From Raillietiella orientalis (Eukaryota), in contig JAYWIR010000014.1 in assembly GCA_036172245.1 (NCBI GenBank), forward strand, positions 3,596,001 through 3,660,000: a stretch of 64,000 bases of DNA. Direction: 5' to 3'. The notes under the pieces were generated by a model that did not search any database, was not told the DNA's origin, and saw only the letters and a list, made by a program, of their open reading frames with translations. The position numbers were made by a program, and so were the translations under genes. Of the stretch, positions 37,201-49,700 are shown in pieces (positions within the stretch are counted from its first letter, which is position 1; each line of letters starts with the position of its first letter).

Positions 37201-37563
37201 AAAGGACCAGAACAACGGTGCCCGGTTGAATCTTTCCTTCCAATAGGATCGCATGTCACCAGGATAGCTGGAGACCCACGGAAGGCAGCACGCCGTTGGC
37301 AGGCTCGCTGCGATACCGGTGTGGCGTTGAGGATCATCTCCTAGGAAACGGGAGCCACCCATGAGCTCAACGGGGCGAGAAGAATCGGTACTGTTGCTGT
37401 CTAAGGCGAGAGTAAACTTGAGAACACGCGTGCCGACCGTGACCTACCTTGCTGGATGCAGCGCGTTTGACGCAGCGCGCAAATGCTTGGGTGGTTGCGA
37501 ACGGGTGGCTTGGGTGGGGCGGGTTGGGGTTCTCCTTCATCTCTCTCCAAGAATGAATTCCAG

Positions 37564-37715
37564 ATTTCTTCAACCACAGCAGCGGACTGAAGTGCGACCT
37601 GTGCGGGACATCCAAAGCCGTCGTCAGATGCGACAGGTGCAGCAATCAGATGTTTTGTCTGTCTTGCGACTACATGTACCACCAGCACCCCAAAAGGCAT
37701 GCGCATCTTCGAAAA
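37564..37715 (+). CDS. RNF31: HOIP/LUBEL-like gene: B-box zinc finger exon
   Basis: TTCCAG acceptor and GTGAGT donor; encodes [42 protein letters not shown]. Confidence 0.85.
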
Positions 37716-40700
37716 GTGAGTTAGCCGGTTTGAATCCTCCTCCCTCTCCCCGTTCTTCTGAATTTTCCTGCGTCTCGGAGCGCGACTCCGTCAGCGCCAC
37801 GTTCCCGAGTGGCTTCCCCTTCAAAGTTTTTTGGTCCTCGAGACTGGAATGCCAGGAAGCAGCGCATGCGTGAACGGGTGGCACGCTCCAGCGCCCACTG
37901 CTGCCCACCACAGGGTGACTGGCTTCGAATGGGAAGGTCTGATCACTCGGAAGCGGCCGGGGCTTGACGAACTCTCTGATCTTTGATTGTTGAGGCTTCC
38001 TCTGGTCCCAGGATTTGCCGCAAAGGCGAGATCGAAGTGGTGACGGCGCCTCGCATCACGGGCATGCGGATGGTGGTGATCCCTGCTACCGGCTGGGAGA
38101 ACAAGTCTCCTGAGGGGCGCTGCGCGAGCGGCAGTTCCCTTCTCCGGGATCGCTCCTTGACCCTGTCCTCAGCTCTGACATGGCGCCCTTTGTCCTTGAG
38201 TTTTTGAATCCGGAAATATCCTGAACCCGTGTTCCCTGAAGCCGTGCAGTAGTGCGGGAGAGCCTGTTCTGAGCTCGTGACGCTGGAGGATTTCTTTGCT
38301 CCCATCTTCCGACCGTACTCGGTAAAAGTAGCTGAAGGATTCAGGGTGAAGTTTCGGGCTGTTCTCGCCGCCGCCGACTCCGATGCTGACGACAGCCAGC
38401 CGTCTCACGGAGCACCGCCATCCGTGGGACACCCGTGCGATCCTTCCACTGACCATTCTGAAGCGAAATTTCGGTACTGGGGTCTTGCGAAAGAGGAAGG
38501 TCCTCTGGTTCTTTCACTGCATTCCTTGGGAAGGGGGCTATCGCGTCCTCCGATTCCGGTGCTACGAGGTTCCGGTCTCCGGAAGTTCTCAGCTGCTGGT
38601 GGCAGCAAGGATGCCTGCTGCAGGGTCACTGCGCCACACTTCTGTCCAGGACGGGCATTCGGACCGGGCGCTGTTTCTCTTGTCGTGTGGGTTCCTCCCT
38701 CCTGCCACCCTTCCTTACCTCTGGCGCTGCGCCATTACGCTCCCTATCATCTGCTCTTGCCCATCGGCAGTCCAACGGCCGTCGAAGATTGGCAGTGCCT
38801 TCCGGGGAAAGCGTTTCGAAGAACACTTCCCTAAGCGATTCCTGTTTCTCTCTTCCTCTGACGGTCCTCTTCCAGCTGGGTGTCTCCTCACTGGCCTACG
38901 GTGGGAGCCCGTGGGGAAGCAATCGCAAAAACTCTCTTTCTCGCCTACTCAGTGGATATTCTATTTATCTAATGTATTTTCTTTTTTGGGATCCCGCAGT
39001 AGAACGCGCCTTCGTGCGTTACAGACTGCCGCTTTCTGTCATCCTTCTTCTCGCATGTTGACTTCTCGCCTGGAAGTACACGTCCACGAGACCACACAGG
39101 GTGATCGAGGAAGAGGGGTGCAGGGCTATGGGAGAAGTCGGGCAACGCCGAACGGATGCCGACTCACTTACTCTTGAAGAAACCGAAGTTCCGGACTCCT
39201 CTCTTTTTCCAGCTCTTCGGGGGGAGAAGGGAAGAGGGGAGAGGGTGGGGAGGGAATCATGTGCTTTGCATGGGCGGGTGTAGGGAGGCACTGTCTCGTG
39301 CAGCAAGTGCGTCTGCTGAGTGCTTTCCCTGAGCTCGACCTGGTGGGAGCGTTCTTGTCTGCGCGCACAGCGCCGCTTCCAGTCCCCAATCTGCAACCGG
39401 CATAGACGTAGGCCGCGTCCGGCAAAAGCGAGATGACGCTCCATTGGAAGCTCCGGAGGACGCGCCAGAGGGTCCCATCTCTCCTTGCATATTCGGCAAG
39501 ATTCGTCCTTGCTCCATATTCAGCCGCCTCGATGGAAAATTCGCTGAGAGGAAGGAATCGGAGCCCGGGATTTTTCCTGGGTTGGAAGCCAAAGCGAAAC
39601 GAGAGGAAACGATGAATGAGCTTCGGTCCAGGCAAGAGATCTCTCTCGGCCATGCCGGTGAATTCCAGCGAGCCTCGACGGACAACGACTATCCTGGAGG
39701 CGTTCATCCAGCTGGCAGCGAAAAACCGAAGGAAGCCCTGGCGAAAGGATTCCGCTCGTCCTCAGATACGGGGCGGTGGGGGCATCCCCTTGAGGCTTTG
39801 ATTTCCTGCCGAAGGTCGAGAAGATTTTCATTTGGGAGTTGCAGACCCGCGGTCATGTCTTTTCCAAGCGGTGCTTAGGGAAAAGCTGAGCTTCTGGCGC
39901 GCTGGTCCCATTTTCGCCGTGCGAAGAAAGGAAAGCGGAATTTCGCTGGTGTGTCTCACCCGCACTTGATGGGGACGGTCTGATTAGGTCTCTCCTGAAG
40001 ATGCGTTTTCTTCCCTTGGCGACCCCCTTGCGGGCCAGGGTGCCAGGGGGTAAAAGACACGGATGCTTTGATTTCCTGATGTCCTTCCCGCAGCGAGCAT
40101 GTCGGGAAGGGTCGTCAGGGATGCTCCTCGGCGAAGGAAAAGGAACGACAGGAGGGGAAAGTTGCCTACAAAGAGGGTTCGTCTTTGCACTCAGTCTGGA
40201 AGAACCCCCCGGACTCGGCAGCGAAGCCGCGACGGCGTTCTTCGAGAGGGGGCGCACGCTTTTTCTTCTCTCTTGGAGTCTGGAAACGCCGAGAGGTCAG
40301 AGAGCGTAACCACGAGCGCTCGCTCGCAGGTCATCTTGAGCAGCCGCTTAATGCCGAGCGCAGAGTCCGCGAGATTCTATAGCGGGTAGTCAGGGCGGAT
40401 TTTCCAGCCGGAAAGGATGAAGTCAGAATATTAGTCGATGAATCCAAGGATTATTGGAGGCTAATCGATGAAGTAGCGAGACATTCTCAACACCACTTCG
40501 TGGTGTTTACCTACTTATGGTGTTATTATTCAACAAAATCGCGTATAGAACTGCATGTAATTTGATTTAATCAAACAATAATCATGACCAGTTACATATT
40601 GTGTACATATCTGTGATTGGTTTGACCCGATGACATATATTCGTACTGTTCCCGGCATTCCACAAAATACCTATAGTATCTTGGGGAAGGAAAGTCAAGT

Positions 40701-43700
40701 GTGCTCTTGATTTATGGCACCCCCAAACTTCAGACTATTTATAAACACATATATGGTAGGACTCGATAAAAATGAAATTGGAATTTATTTTACTCCAATT
40801 ATCAACCGTCGAACAGAAGGGGAACCAATGATTGAGGCTTTCTGTTTTTTTTGTTTTATTCCTCATTGCATATAACATTTCCATTGAGCAAAACGCACTC
40901 GAGCCTGACGTCTCCGGACAAAGAAGGCAGCCGACCCTGGAGACTATTTGAAATTCATTGGCCGTTGTTCCTCTCTTTTTGATTATTGCTTTTTGGCCAG
41001 GATGAACGCATGTGAGAATGCGAATGAGGAGGAAAAGGAATGAGGGAGGGAGGAGCCAGTAGACGGTCGGGTTAGGAGATTTCAAGGCCCGTCAGGTTTC
41101 CAAGGGACATTTCGTCCTACTGACCAACCAAGTGGCTGAACGCACGGGTGCCTTTCAGAGGCCTCCTCGCTTTGCGGAGAAACGGAGTCGAAGAGAGCTG
41201 GAAGGCGCTGCTGCGAATCTGGGAAGGAGAACGAAGGATTCCCTTCTGTTACATCCGCAGCGCGGAAGGAGTATTTGGTTCCCTTCGGTTTTCGTTTCCT
41301 CTCCAGCACCACCCACAGGGGTGAACGCGTCCCTACGTGAACCTCGTTCGGGACCGGCTGGGTCACCTCACGTGGCCCTTCGCGGAATCAAATTTGGTTC
41401 TGACGACCACCACCCGCAGGACCAAGGAATGAAAACAAGGCAACAGAAACAGAGAGTGCAGGAGGCAGATCAAAACCTTGGGCACGTGCGCTTCCCCCGA
41501 GGCATGGCTCGTTGGAAGCTTTGCAAGAGTAGGTAAATAGGGAAGGCGAAACGCACTCTTCGCTATGGGACGAATGCGTAGAATCCGCCGGCACGGAGAA
41601 GGAAAAAGTATCAACGGTGCACATTGCATCCGCTGTGAGATGAAAGCTCGATTTCCCTCTAAAGGAAGCAACGGCGACTCTCCGTTCGGATTCGCTCCTC
41701 GTGCTGTTTGCTCACAGCCGACCATTAAACAGATCGATACGTGATAAATCAGGGTAAGTGAGGCGAGAGCGCTAAGCTCCGGAAAGCGAATCGACGGGAC
41801 GCTTCAGGAGAGATTTTTTTTCCCAAAGTGCGAGAATTCTCTGGGACTCCCCCTTTTTGAATGGGTATTCCAGGGTACTCAGCTGTCTTCACTGAATTAT
41901 GCAGATGCTGGACCATGAGACTGCGATCCTTCGAGGAGCCTTTCCAAAGAATCGCGTCCGCGACGGTTTCTTCGGCAGCGAGATCCCCATCGATCTTCTC
42001 GCGAGTTGGGTTCTGATTAATGGGATTTTTCCATCCTGAATGAAGTGCATGAAGGAATGTTCCGGACACCTACCCGAACCTACTGCTTACCTCGTAATGG
42101 TGTCCATGGCGACACCGGGACAGGTCCTCTTTCCTTTGATGCCCGAGACCACTGCCAAGGGTGCCTCCCCTTCCCTGCGGCGCGTCCTTGCGAGAGAAAC
42201 ATGCCGATCCGGATCAGAACGACCTTCCCTTTCCTTGCAGGATTTGCTGTTTGTTTCGAGATCTCCTGCAGATCCCTGCTCCTTCCCTACCGGCACCCGG
42301 GTTGAGCGGAATCGGAGGACGCGGCTGCCCACCCCTCCTGAGAAAGTCAGTGCAGCTGCGTTAATCGATCCGGCTCGATTCGTCTCAAGGTCCTCCTCAC
42401 CGTGGGTGGGGCACACCGAGCCCAAGTCTGTCAAAGGTCGTCAAGGGATGCGTAAAGGAGAGCTCCCACGGGAACGCCATTCTGAGTTGTGCTTGGAGCT
42501 TTTCCATGCCAAAGACCCAACCGGCGGGTTCGCGTCCTCTCCTTCCCCCCTCCCGAAGCCTCCAGATCGGTTCCTGGAAAGGGGAAACGCCATTTCTCTG
42601 TGTCACCGGGAATTCGGTTCTCGGCTGCAGCTGGGACGCCCTCAGAAAAACGTCCACGTGGACGTATCTAAGAGCAGAACGTCCGCGTGGGCGTGCCAGC
42701 AGGAGGAGCAAGAGAGTGACAGGACGCAGCAGTGAAGGTGCAAGGCAGGCGCCGTCGTCCGTAGACTATGGTATTTTCTTTCTCTTGGGATTCTGGAAGG
42801 CACACATGCTCGATGTGTTGTGCAACACAGAAAAGGACATCCACAGTTACAGATGCAGCGCTTGACTCACTCCGTGCTGACCTACCGTGACTTCGGTTCA
42901 TCCACAACCACAAACGTGTAGCAGGAATCCGCCTCGATGCGCGGAGGTGCTCGTGAAATTTTCGTCCGTCCGTCAGGATACGCCCCCCGATCAGGGGAAT
43001 GACTCTGTTGAGAAAGGATTAGAAAAGCAAATGACATCTTCTCTTAGTGGAAGAAATGCCCAGAGTTCCAGGAAATGCTATCCGTGTTTGGCTTTCCTGA
43101 AAGAAGGGTCTCATCCGAAGGAATGGGGGGCGACGAAGTGCTGATGGAGCTTTCGCGAGTGGTGTGGAGGCTTCGCTGCAGTCCTTTCCAAATGAGGTTC
43201 TAACACTCGGGGTGGATCGAGCAAATGCATTTCAAGGATCCACAGCACGTTCGACTGATTTTTGTCTCGATATGCAGCGGTGAATTCTGCTTGGAAATGG
43301 CAGCAACCATGTTGAGTCGCACTGACCTCTATAATACCACTACAATGCTGCTCAAGATTTACTCTTCTTACGATGTGTCTGCAAAAATGCTTTCCGACAG
43401 TCCAGTCGGAAGAGGACTTTCCTTTTCCATGTTTTCAATTTTCGCTGGAAATAGAAACTTCCTCACGCAAGAAATGTGCTCCTCTCATGCTCCTAAGCTT
43501 ATCAATACATGGCTGGAGAGTATTCCATACGGTCTTCTGCATTCTTCTTGCTCTCTGGAGAATTTCCGGAAACCTCCAATCCTCAGAGCTGGAAGAGATC
43601 GGTGCTTTCAATCTCTCAAGCCGTCCTCCCCCCCCCCCTCTTTAAATTCATAAACGCCCGTTTGTCAGGGGTTTGTCTCGTTTGGAGACTTCTGGGTAAA

Positions 43701-46700
43701 AGAGGCCGAGGTAGTGCTCGTTCTCGATTTGCATTGCAGACTCACTCGCCAGGAAGTACACAGACGAGTTCAACAGATGATACACAAACCTCTATCCTGC
43801 AGCAAGTTTCCCCCAAGTGGCTGCTGTCGTCAGACGCGTGACGATCTGCACTCGATCAGGGAGATCTTTTACATTCTAGAGTTCTGCAAAGCACCTTTGA
43901 GGAAGTCGTCGGCCCAGATCGCACCGAAGGACTCCAAGATCCCTAGTGACTTGTTCAGCTACAGTGAATTATGGATCTTCTCAGATGAGCGCTTAGGCGA
44001 AGAATCGTAGTGAGCGAGGAACATTCTCCCAATGTGCAAGCACAGAAATGGGCGACCCAACCTGACCCATATTGCACAAGACGCGACGGGGTTTGCTGGG
44101 GGTTTTCCCAATCACTCTGTCGGATAGAAGTTGCTGGATTTCTCCAGAGCTGGGCTGACTTTTTCCGTCGCAAGTCGTATTGGAATTAGAATTTTCGGGA
44201 GAGGAAGGAAAATCTCGATTCCCAGATCCTGGCTTCTCGAGCAGGTTTCTGATCGGTGTGACGAATTGCTGCAGGAAACCACCACCAAATAAAAGCGAAG
44301 TGACGCAAAATGCAGGATGGATTTTCGCCTCGCGGGCACGCACCTTCGTGCCCACCCGTTTTCGCAAACCCTTAGTTGCAAAAGCTCAAGATTTCTCGCT
44401 CTTCGTCCACGCGTAGCTACCGCTGATCCAGAACCATCCGAAACCCAGTCTTCCAAGCCTGTCGGGGCTTTAGCTACGACTAGCTAAATGGCAGTTTGCA
44501 GCCCAATAGTGTTGCAGATGGGGTTCCTGATGGCCGTCCCTCATGTTTATGACGTATTTCCTGTACTACCAGAACCCCACTAAGTTTTCAGGATTCCAAA
44601 TTACAGTTATGCCGACAGGAAACAAAATGTCTGATCTCAGATGGAATGGATGAGGAATACATAAACTTGATTCCAGAATCAGAAACCTATCGAAATACTC
44701 GGCTAAAGGGAGAATCCGAGCGAAAGACATTGCTTCTTCTTGGTTCATGGCTTCTCAGTGAAGAGAGGCGCCGTCATATCTCATTTTTTCTTTATTTTTA
44801 TTTTTTTCATTTCTTTTTTTCTTTTTCTTTCATTTCACGCGTCTGTTTTCAATTTAGACGCGGAAGATCCTCCGATTGCGTGCAGCGAGCCCTTGCAATT
44901 GGGTCACCCCTTGTAATCGAGTACAATCGACAAGGGGACAGGGCTCTACTCTTGTACATTGCTTACGGCTAGAGGTCTAGAAAGGATTTAAGGTCGATGA
45001 AAGCGTAGTTGGCGTTGTGTGTTTGTGTGTGTCTGTGAAGGGGGGGACTAGAAGACCTGTTTCTAAACAGCCAAGGATTAAGGCAACTACGATAGTCGAG
45101 AGGGCTGGTGAAAGCGGATTCGCTTCGATTGCGATCTCGAGATCCAAATGGAACATTCATCTGTCTTCTTTCTCCCGGAAGAGAGCGAGCGCGAGAGAGA
45201 AACGGTCGATCTTCCCAGTTTCCAAGATCAACAAAGCAGATTCTGATTCGGTACTCTGAGGGCTGCATGACGCCTTCAACATAGGGTGGAACATTCCCAT
45301 TGCAATCTCAAGGGCAGTCGCCTTGGAGAGACTCAGTTTGCGAATGTTAACTCGGCTGAATACCTGCAAAGAAAGGGAAGGAGTCGTCTCTGCCTGCGAC
45401 GAGCAGTTCGGGGAACGAGACGCGTGCGTAGCCGTTCGAAATACATATGGGAAGATCATCCGAACGCTTTCTGGCTCATGTCGGAGACATCAAGGGATCG
45501 AGAGCAACAGACGCCGGATGCTGCAGGTCGCTGCTCACGGAAAAATGAGCGAACCTCCGCATAGTTTCTGCCGATTCAGGGTCACCTCGCTGCAATGGCT
45601 GTGACTGCACGTCATGGAGACCCACGGGATAAGTAGTCGCGATCTTCCTGAACTCAGGACTGGCTTCTTTTCCTTCTCCTCCTCCCTTTTCGGAACTTCG
45701 GCGCATCCAAACACAAATCGGGATCGTGCGGTTCACTCTCAATCACAGAGCTGCCGTCCCCGACCGTCTCCGATCTCCCGACATGGCGATCACACGTTCG
45801 AGACTTCGCAAATTCATCCTTTCAACAGGTTACTGCTGTTCCAGGCGGTGGATTTCCGCGCTGCTTTTCCTGCGCGCTACGAGGAAGACGAGGATCCGGA
45901 CATAAAACCACCCCTTCCGCCCAAGACCGCCAGTCTGTATCCTCCAGTGCCTCCTCCACGAAGAAACCGGAAGTTCGGAACCTTTCGTTCGTTGATGCCT
46001 GGGCCACTTTTCAGTAAGAAGGATTCAATTTCTTATCCCGGTGAACAAAAGGTGAGTCAGATTGAGGTGGTATTTCGTACATCTTCTAAGGGGGGGCTCA
46101 GAAACGGCAACCACAACATAACAAAAATGCTCTCCTCTGTTCACTCCATGCAATCCCATCCTTTCACCCACTCAGCGAAGGAACATCCCCTCCCCGACCG
46201 CTCGTGCATGACGGAACGTGATGTATTCTGCCCAGAGACGGCGCCATTAAAAAGGCACAAATGACCCATATTTTCTTCTCTTCGAACTCCCACGGGAGAA
46301 ACGGCTTCGTAGGTCGTTGTGGGATTAGCGCATCATGCCAGCAGGATCACGATTAGAGTGTCGATCCTGTGTCCCGAGCCCCGGTTGTTAGCAGCGGTTT
46401 AAGCAGCGCAGTCACGCATGAGCCCGCGTCCAAGCGCCGCTCCAACGTCGGCTCAGCGCCGGGACGCGCTACAGTTCGTGCCTTCAATTGGAGGAAAATT
46501 CCAAATCTGTGGTGCTCGTTCCATGTCTCAGCAGAAGAGGTCCGCGGCATGTCTGAGTCACATCCTGGAGGATTACCCTTATTTGCGAGGGAAAGAAGAC
46601 ATACTCTTTCAAAACATGCACCCCTGCCTGTGCGTTCGTGGAGAGGGGCTTTTGGAGACTCGGAAATCGTCGGGAGAAAAGGGGGACTGGGAGGAGCTTC

Positions 46701-49700
46701 TTTTTTCCCGACGTTCGTTTTTCCTTGCTCGCGTGCGTTTCATATTCCTGGATTGGGACCGTGTTTGATGACCCGTGACCAGAGAGGCTTCCCGTCTTTC
46801 CAGGCACCGGTCGCGGAACCGGGGAGCCTGTCCGAACGACAGAAAGATTACACCTTCGCTGCTTCTCCTCCCACCGACGAGGAAAGGAAGGAAGGAAGCA
46901 CGGCACGTTCTACTGCATACTGCCACCGACGAGCGACCTTCGTCGGAACACACGCTTTCACTCCTGCGGCCTCGTTGCGGTCTAAGAGGGTTTCCCTGAT
47001 GGGAAGGATCACTGCTGATCCGCCAGCTTCCTTTCCGTAGCCAAAGTGACGCGGTGTTTATCTTGGAGCCACTTCACAGGAGCCGGTTTGCTCGACTTCC
47101 CATGTTCTCCTTGTGGAGTTCTCGAGATCTTTATTCCTCCCTCGACTTTCAATTTCTACAGTTTCAGTTCGGGCGAAAGAATCCCTTTCGTCCTCGGGTG
47201 CACGCCTCGGGAGTGACAGCATCCGACGGGCACGCAGGTCCCCAAATCCGAACCATTCATTTTCACGACTTCCGCCTCCTCTATCTGAAGATGCTCGCAA
47301 AAGGGTGCCATTACGAGAGAAAGGCGCTCAGTGATCGTCAACGCCTTCCCCTTTTCAAAACCCTTCATCTTTATTTTTCCTTATCCAAGTGGAAAGAGAT
47401 CTGGAAAGGAAGGAAGTGGGATGCTTTGCAGAGCGTCTTTTCCCGCGCTGACCCCGGCGCAGAAGCCGTCGGGAGGATGCGAGTGGTGCGAAGGGACCGC
47501 GGCGAAGACCGCTCACTTTCCAAGAGAAATCTTTGGGGCCATATTAGAAAGGATGCGGAGCACGAGGAGAATAGGATGCCCTGGAGCCTCCTCGGAGGGA
47601 GTGCGGTTCAAGCTGGAGTGCTTTCGAGAGGGTTTCGAAGGCTCTCGGACGTGGCTTCCGGAGGGAGAGGATCTTCTCTCCCTCCTTTGACAAGAAGAGA
47701 GCGGGAGTCAGAAGGAAAGACACATCTCCTGCTGCAGGACTGATTTCGCCCAGCTGGTGACCACAACGCAAGAGCGGCAGGCGTCTGTGTTGGGAGCAGC
47801 AACGTTCGCGTGATCCGATGATCATTTCGCGAGCCGGGAGCGAACTTTCTCGAACGGAGGAGGAGACGCTCTCGAGGGAAATCGTGGGCGCCTCGCGTCC
47901 TGGAAGTGCGGCGAGGTTCGGCCGCCGCCTCCAAGCCGAGAAAATCTGCCACCAAAAATAAAATCGCCAACGGAGCGGCGGGTGCTGACAGGTGCTCGCC
48001 GCTTCCCATCTGGAATCCGCCTTAGAATGGCTCCAGACGCGAAGCCGTTCGGTTCAGCTCGAAGGTCACTGCATCCGCACAGGATGCGCCCCTGCACCGG
48101 AGTAGCGGGATCACTTTTCCTCTTTCCCTCTTTTCCTCTCTTCACGGTTGTTGCCGTGGTTGCTCCGTATCCATGCGGCCGATAATGAAAGAAGTGCGAG
48201 TGGACTGCAGCGAGTGGGAGCCTGGGATCCACGGACGTTCCAGGTTGCGTGGAATGGAGACAGTGAGAGAGAGTTTTCATCTAGTCCACGACTTCGTCTC
48301 GCTCGCTCGCCGGATGGGCCGTGAAGAGAGGACCAGCATAGGTGTTTCCCAAATTCCACCCCTAAGTAGGCCTCCTCACGAACCACAAGATGAGGAGTCT
48401 AGTGATGAAAGAGTGACCTGAACAAGTGACGGAAGAAATTCCATTCATCGGAGAAGCTCAACGAACTCGCTCATGGTCAGCAGATGATTACGTGATAATG
48501 ACATATTGGCGTTAGAAGTCACCATAGTTGTGCCAGGATATACGTTCGAGACGAACTCTGGATCTTTAACCAACCAGTAATAAAAAAAAAAATCAATAAA
48601 CCAAAATTGTGGATTGGGAAATAAAAATGGGAGAATCCGATTGCCCTATGAGAATCAACCTGTCTTTGAGTGTTTCGCATTCCAGAAGAAGAAGAAGACG
48701 AAGAAAACTCGCGAAATAATTGAAGGGAGCTCGTGATTTCAATGCTTCTCTCGTATTGCGACCCGCAGGTGACTTCAGGGTGAGATCCAGAGAAGATTCA
48801 TGTCAGAAGCGGCTCCAGCAGAATTGCCGTTGTAGTTGTTGCTGGCCGTTGATTTTCAAAGCCCCTCTCACAAAGCTGGACTTTCTGCCTGCGCGAGGCG
48901 CACTGACTCGGAATCGGCTACTGCTGTTTGGTCAATCTGCTTGCTGAGGGTCGAAATGCAGCAGCTAGCGCCTCTGCAGAGACAAAGTGATGCTTCCCCT
49001 TGCTACACCTGGAGAACAACATCCTGCTTTTGCCTGCGGGTTTCGGAAATTTTCTTTGCTGTGAAGAAAAGGATAACTTGATGAGGAGTGGTTCCGCTTG
49101 CCATCCTTCTGGTTCGTTGACCAACCTCCTTCCTCCTTTCTACCTCCCTGTTTGCAATGCTCTCCTCTGAGCCAATTTTGCCGTACATCCTAAACAGCCT
49201 GCTACGGCAGGATTTCAGACATCATCGAAGTTGCTCCCAATCCCAACACTTCCCTCGCAAGAATCGAAAGAAATACTAAAAGGCAACCAATAATGAATGG
49301 AACCTCAATTCGTTGCAGATTCCTTCCATGAATTTCCCTAGAAATACATCCCACTTTTCGTATTTAACCGTCCCTTATTTTGCAGTGCCACCTGGAGGGG
49401 GCGACCAGGATTTGTATACAGTTCTGTGGTTTTGGAACGGTGTTCCTTCACTACCTTGGAACTCTTTCAGGCATTGCCGGTTACCAGGACGGAGTCCTTT
49501 TTCAAAGAAAAGATGGAGAACCTCAAGAAGCTGGTGAACACAAAAAATTATTCCCGTAGCAGAGCCATCTATGAAGGTGAGAGGGAGTACGAGCGCGGCC
49601 GGCTCATCCACAGCCGAGGTCTCATTCAGACACGAATTTTCCAAGAAATTCCGGAGGCGATCTGGTGGGTGTTCCCGTTCCCTGTCCCGAAAGCCGAAGC

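Noticed and set aside
32350..37300. Many overlapping 100-300 aa Arg/Pro/Gly/Ser-rich ORFs
   Set aside because: Expected from high GC content in all six frames; no domains recognised.
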